Assembly: GCA_043809315.1 (NCBI GenBank)
Contig: JAZDDX010000020.1
Span: 72,031-136,030 of the forward strand
Reading direction: 5' to 3'
DNA length: 64,000 nt
DNA from: Pseudomonadota bacterium
GTDB lineage: Bacteria > Bdellovibrionota_G > JALEGL01 > DATDPG01
The position numbers and the translations under genes are program-made. Shown piece after piece: positions 63,597-64,000 of this stretch; the stretch's first letter is position 1; each line of letters starts with the position of its first letter. The notes under the pieces were generated by a model. It saw only the letters and a program-made list of their open reading frames with translations, was not told the origin of the DNA and made no database searches.

Positions 63597-64000
63597 CTAA
63601 TTGAAGATATAGGTTCCCGAAGAGATTGGGGACGCCCGGCCGCTCTCGCACGAAATCGCTTTGACGCGGACGGTTTCACTCGGACCGCCGACCAAGAACG
63701 GACCCGAATAGACCGTCCCCGTCCAGCAGGTCGGATCGGGCGGGATCTCGTTGTATCCGACATCCTCGTACCGGATCTGGAAGTTCGGCGAGACAGACAT
63801 CGAGACCGGAATCCTGCCGACGTACGAATGGTTGTAGGAATTTGGGTTGATCGTCGGCGAAGGAGGAGCGCCGAAGGTGTAGGTGCCGGTCGCAACGGGA
63901 GAGGCCCGGTCGCTCACACAAGCAATCGCTTTGACGCGGACGGTTTCGCTCGGACCGCCGACCAAGAACGGACCCGAATAGACCGTCCCCGTCGCGCAGG
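63597..64000 (-). CDS. C-terminal part of a repeat protein with ~90-aa chitobiase/Fn3-associated-like beta-sandwich repeats (5'-truncated by the window edge)
   Basis: The frame is open to the window end. Repeated TGTVYSGPFLVGGPSETVRVKAI.C...AS...GTY.F. Confidence 0.7.
   Translation of the reverse strand, partial: CATGTVYSGPFLVGGPSETVRVKAIACVSDRASPVATGTYTFGAPPSPTINPNSYNHSYVGRIPVSMSVSPNFQIRYEDVGYNEIPPDPTCWTGTVYSGPFLVGGPSETVRVKAISCESGRASPISSGTYIFN
63654..63993. repeat. Intragenic direct repeat, period 270 nt
   Basis: 63654-63723 and 63924-63993 match at 69/70 positions. Confidence 0.95.

Noticed and set aside
63654-63993. CRISPR or IS-related repeat
   Set aside because: The period is 270 nt, in frame, inside an open reading frame. 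It is a protein domain repeat.

Overview
A gene-dense, GC-rich (about 60% by eye) bacterial chromosomal segment. I saw no rRNA, tRNA, CRISPR array, integrase or transposase. Two systems dominate. (1) A roughly 37-kb nucleobase-catabolism region (4.9-41.8 kb) carries XdhABC, two adenosine/adenine deaminases, a Moco operon with mocA, a single-chain xanthine dehydrogenase of the selenium-dependent type, ssnA, hydantoinase, carbamate kinase, an NCS2 permease and a glutamine synthetase-like gene. It resembles the anaerobic purine-degradation (yge/ygf/ssnA) cluster, but the parts differ: two tandem transcarbamylases (one YgeW-like, one PyrB-like with a remodelled substrate site), two tandem PLP enzymes in place of a recognisable DpaL, and a single-chain PreT-PreA (DPD-order) reductase in place of YgfK. 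(2) An operon at 49-58.4 kb couples a NuoE/NuoF/GltD-NuoG (Stn/Nso-type, probably electron-bifurcating) complex to a regulatory cassette of DRTGG proteins, an anti-sigma-type kinase and a degenerate [FeFe]-hydrogenase-like protein. It runs on into a pilin / cNMP-PilZ module. Oddities read directly from the sequence: a diverged 101-bp duplicate of the carbamate-kinase 3' end flanking an inserted gene, a hydantoinase reading through in frame into a secreted-type protein, a probable +1 frameshift at the end of moeA, three solo toxin-antitoxin-like modules with palindromic operators, two sigma54-like promoters and a candidate three-way-junction RNA. All product calls come from recognising motifs by eye; no database searches were run.
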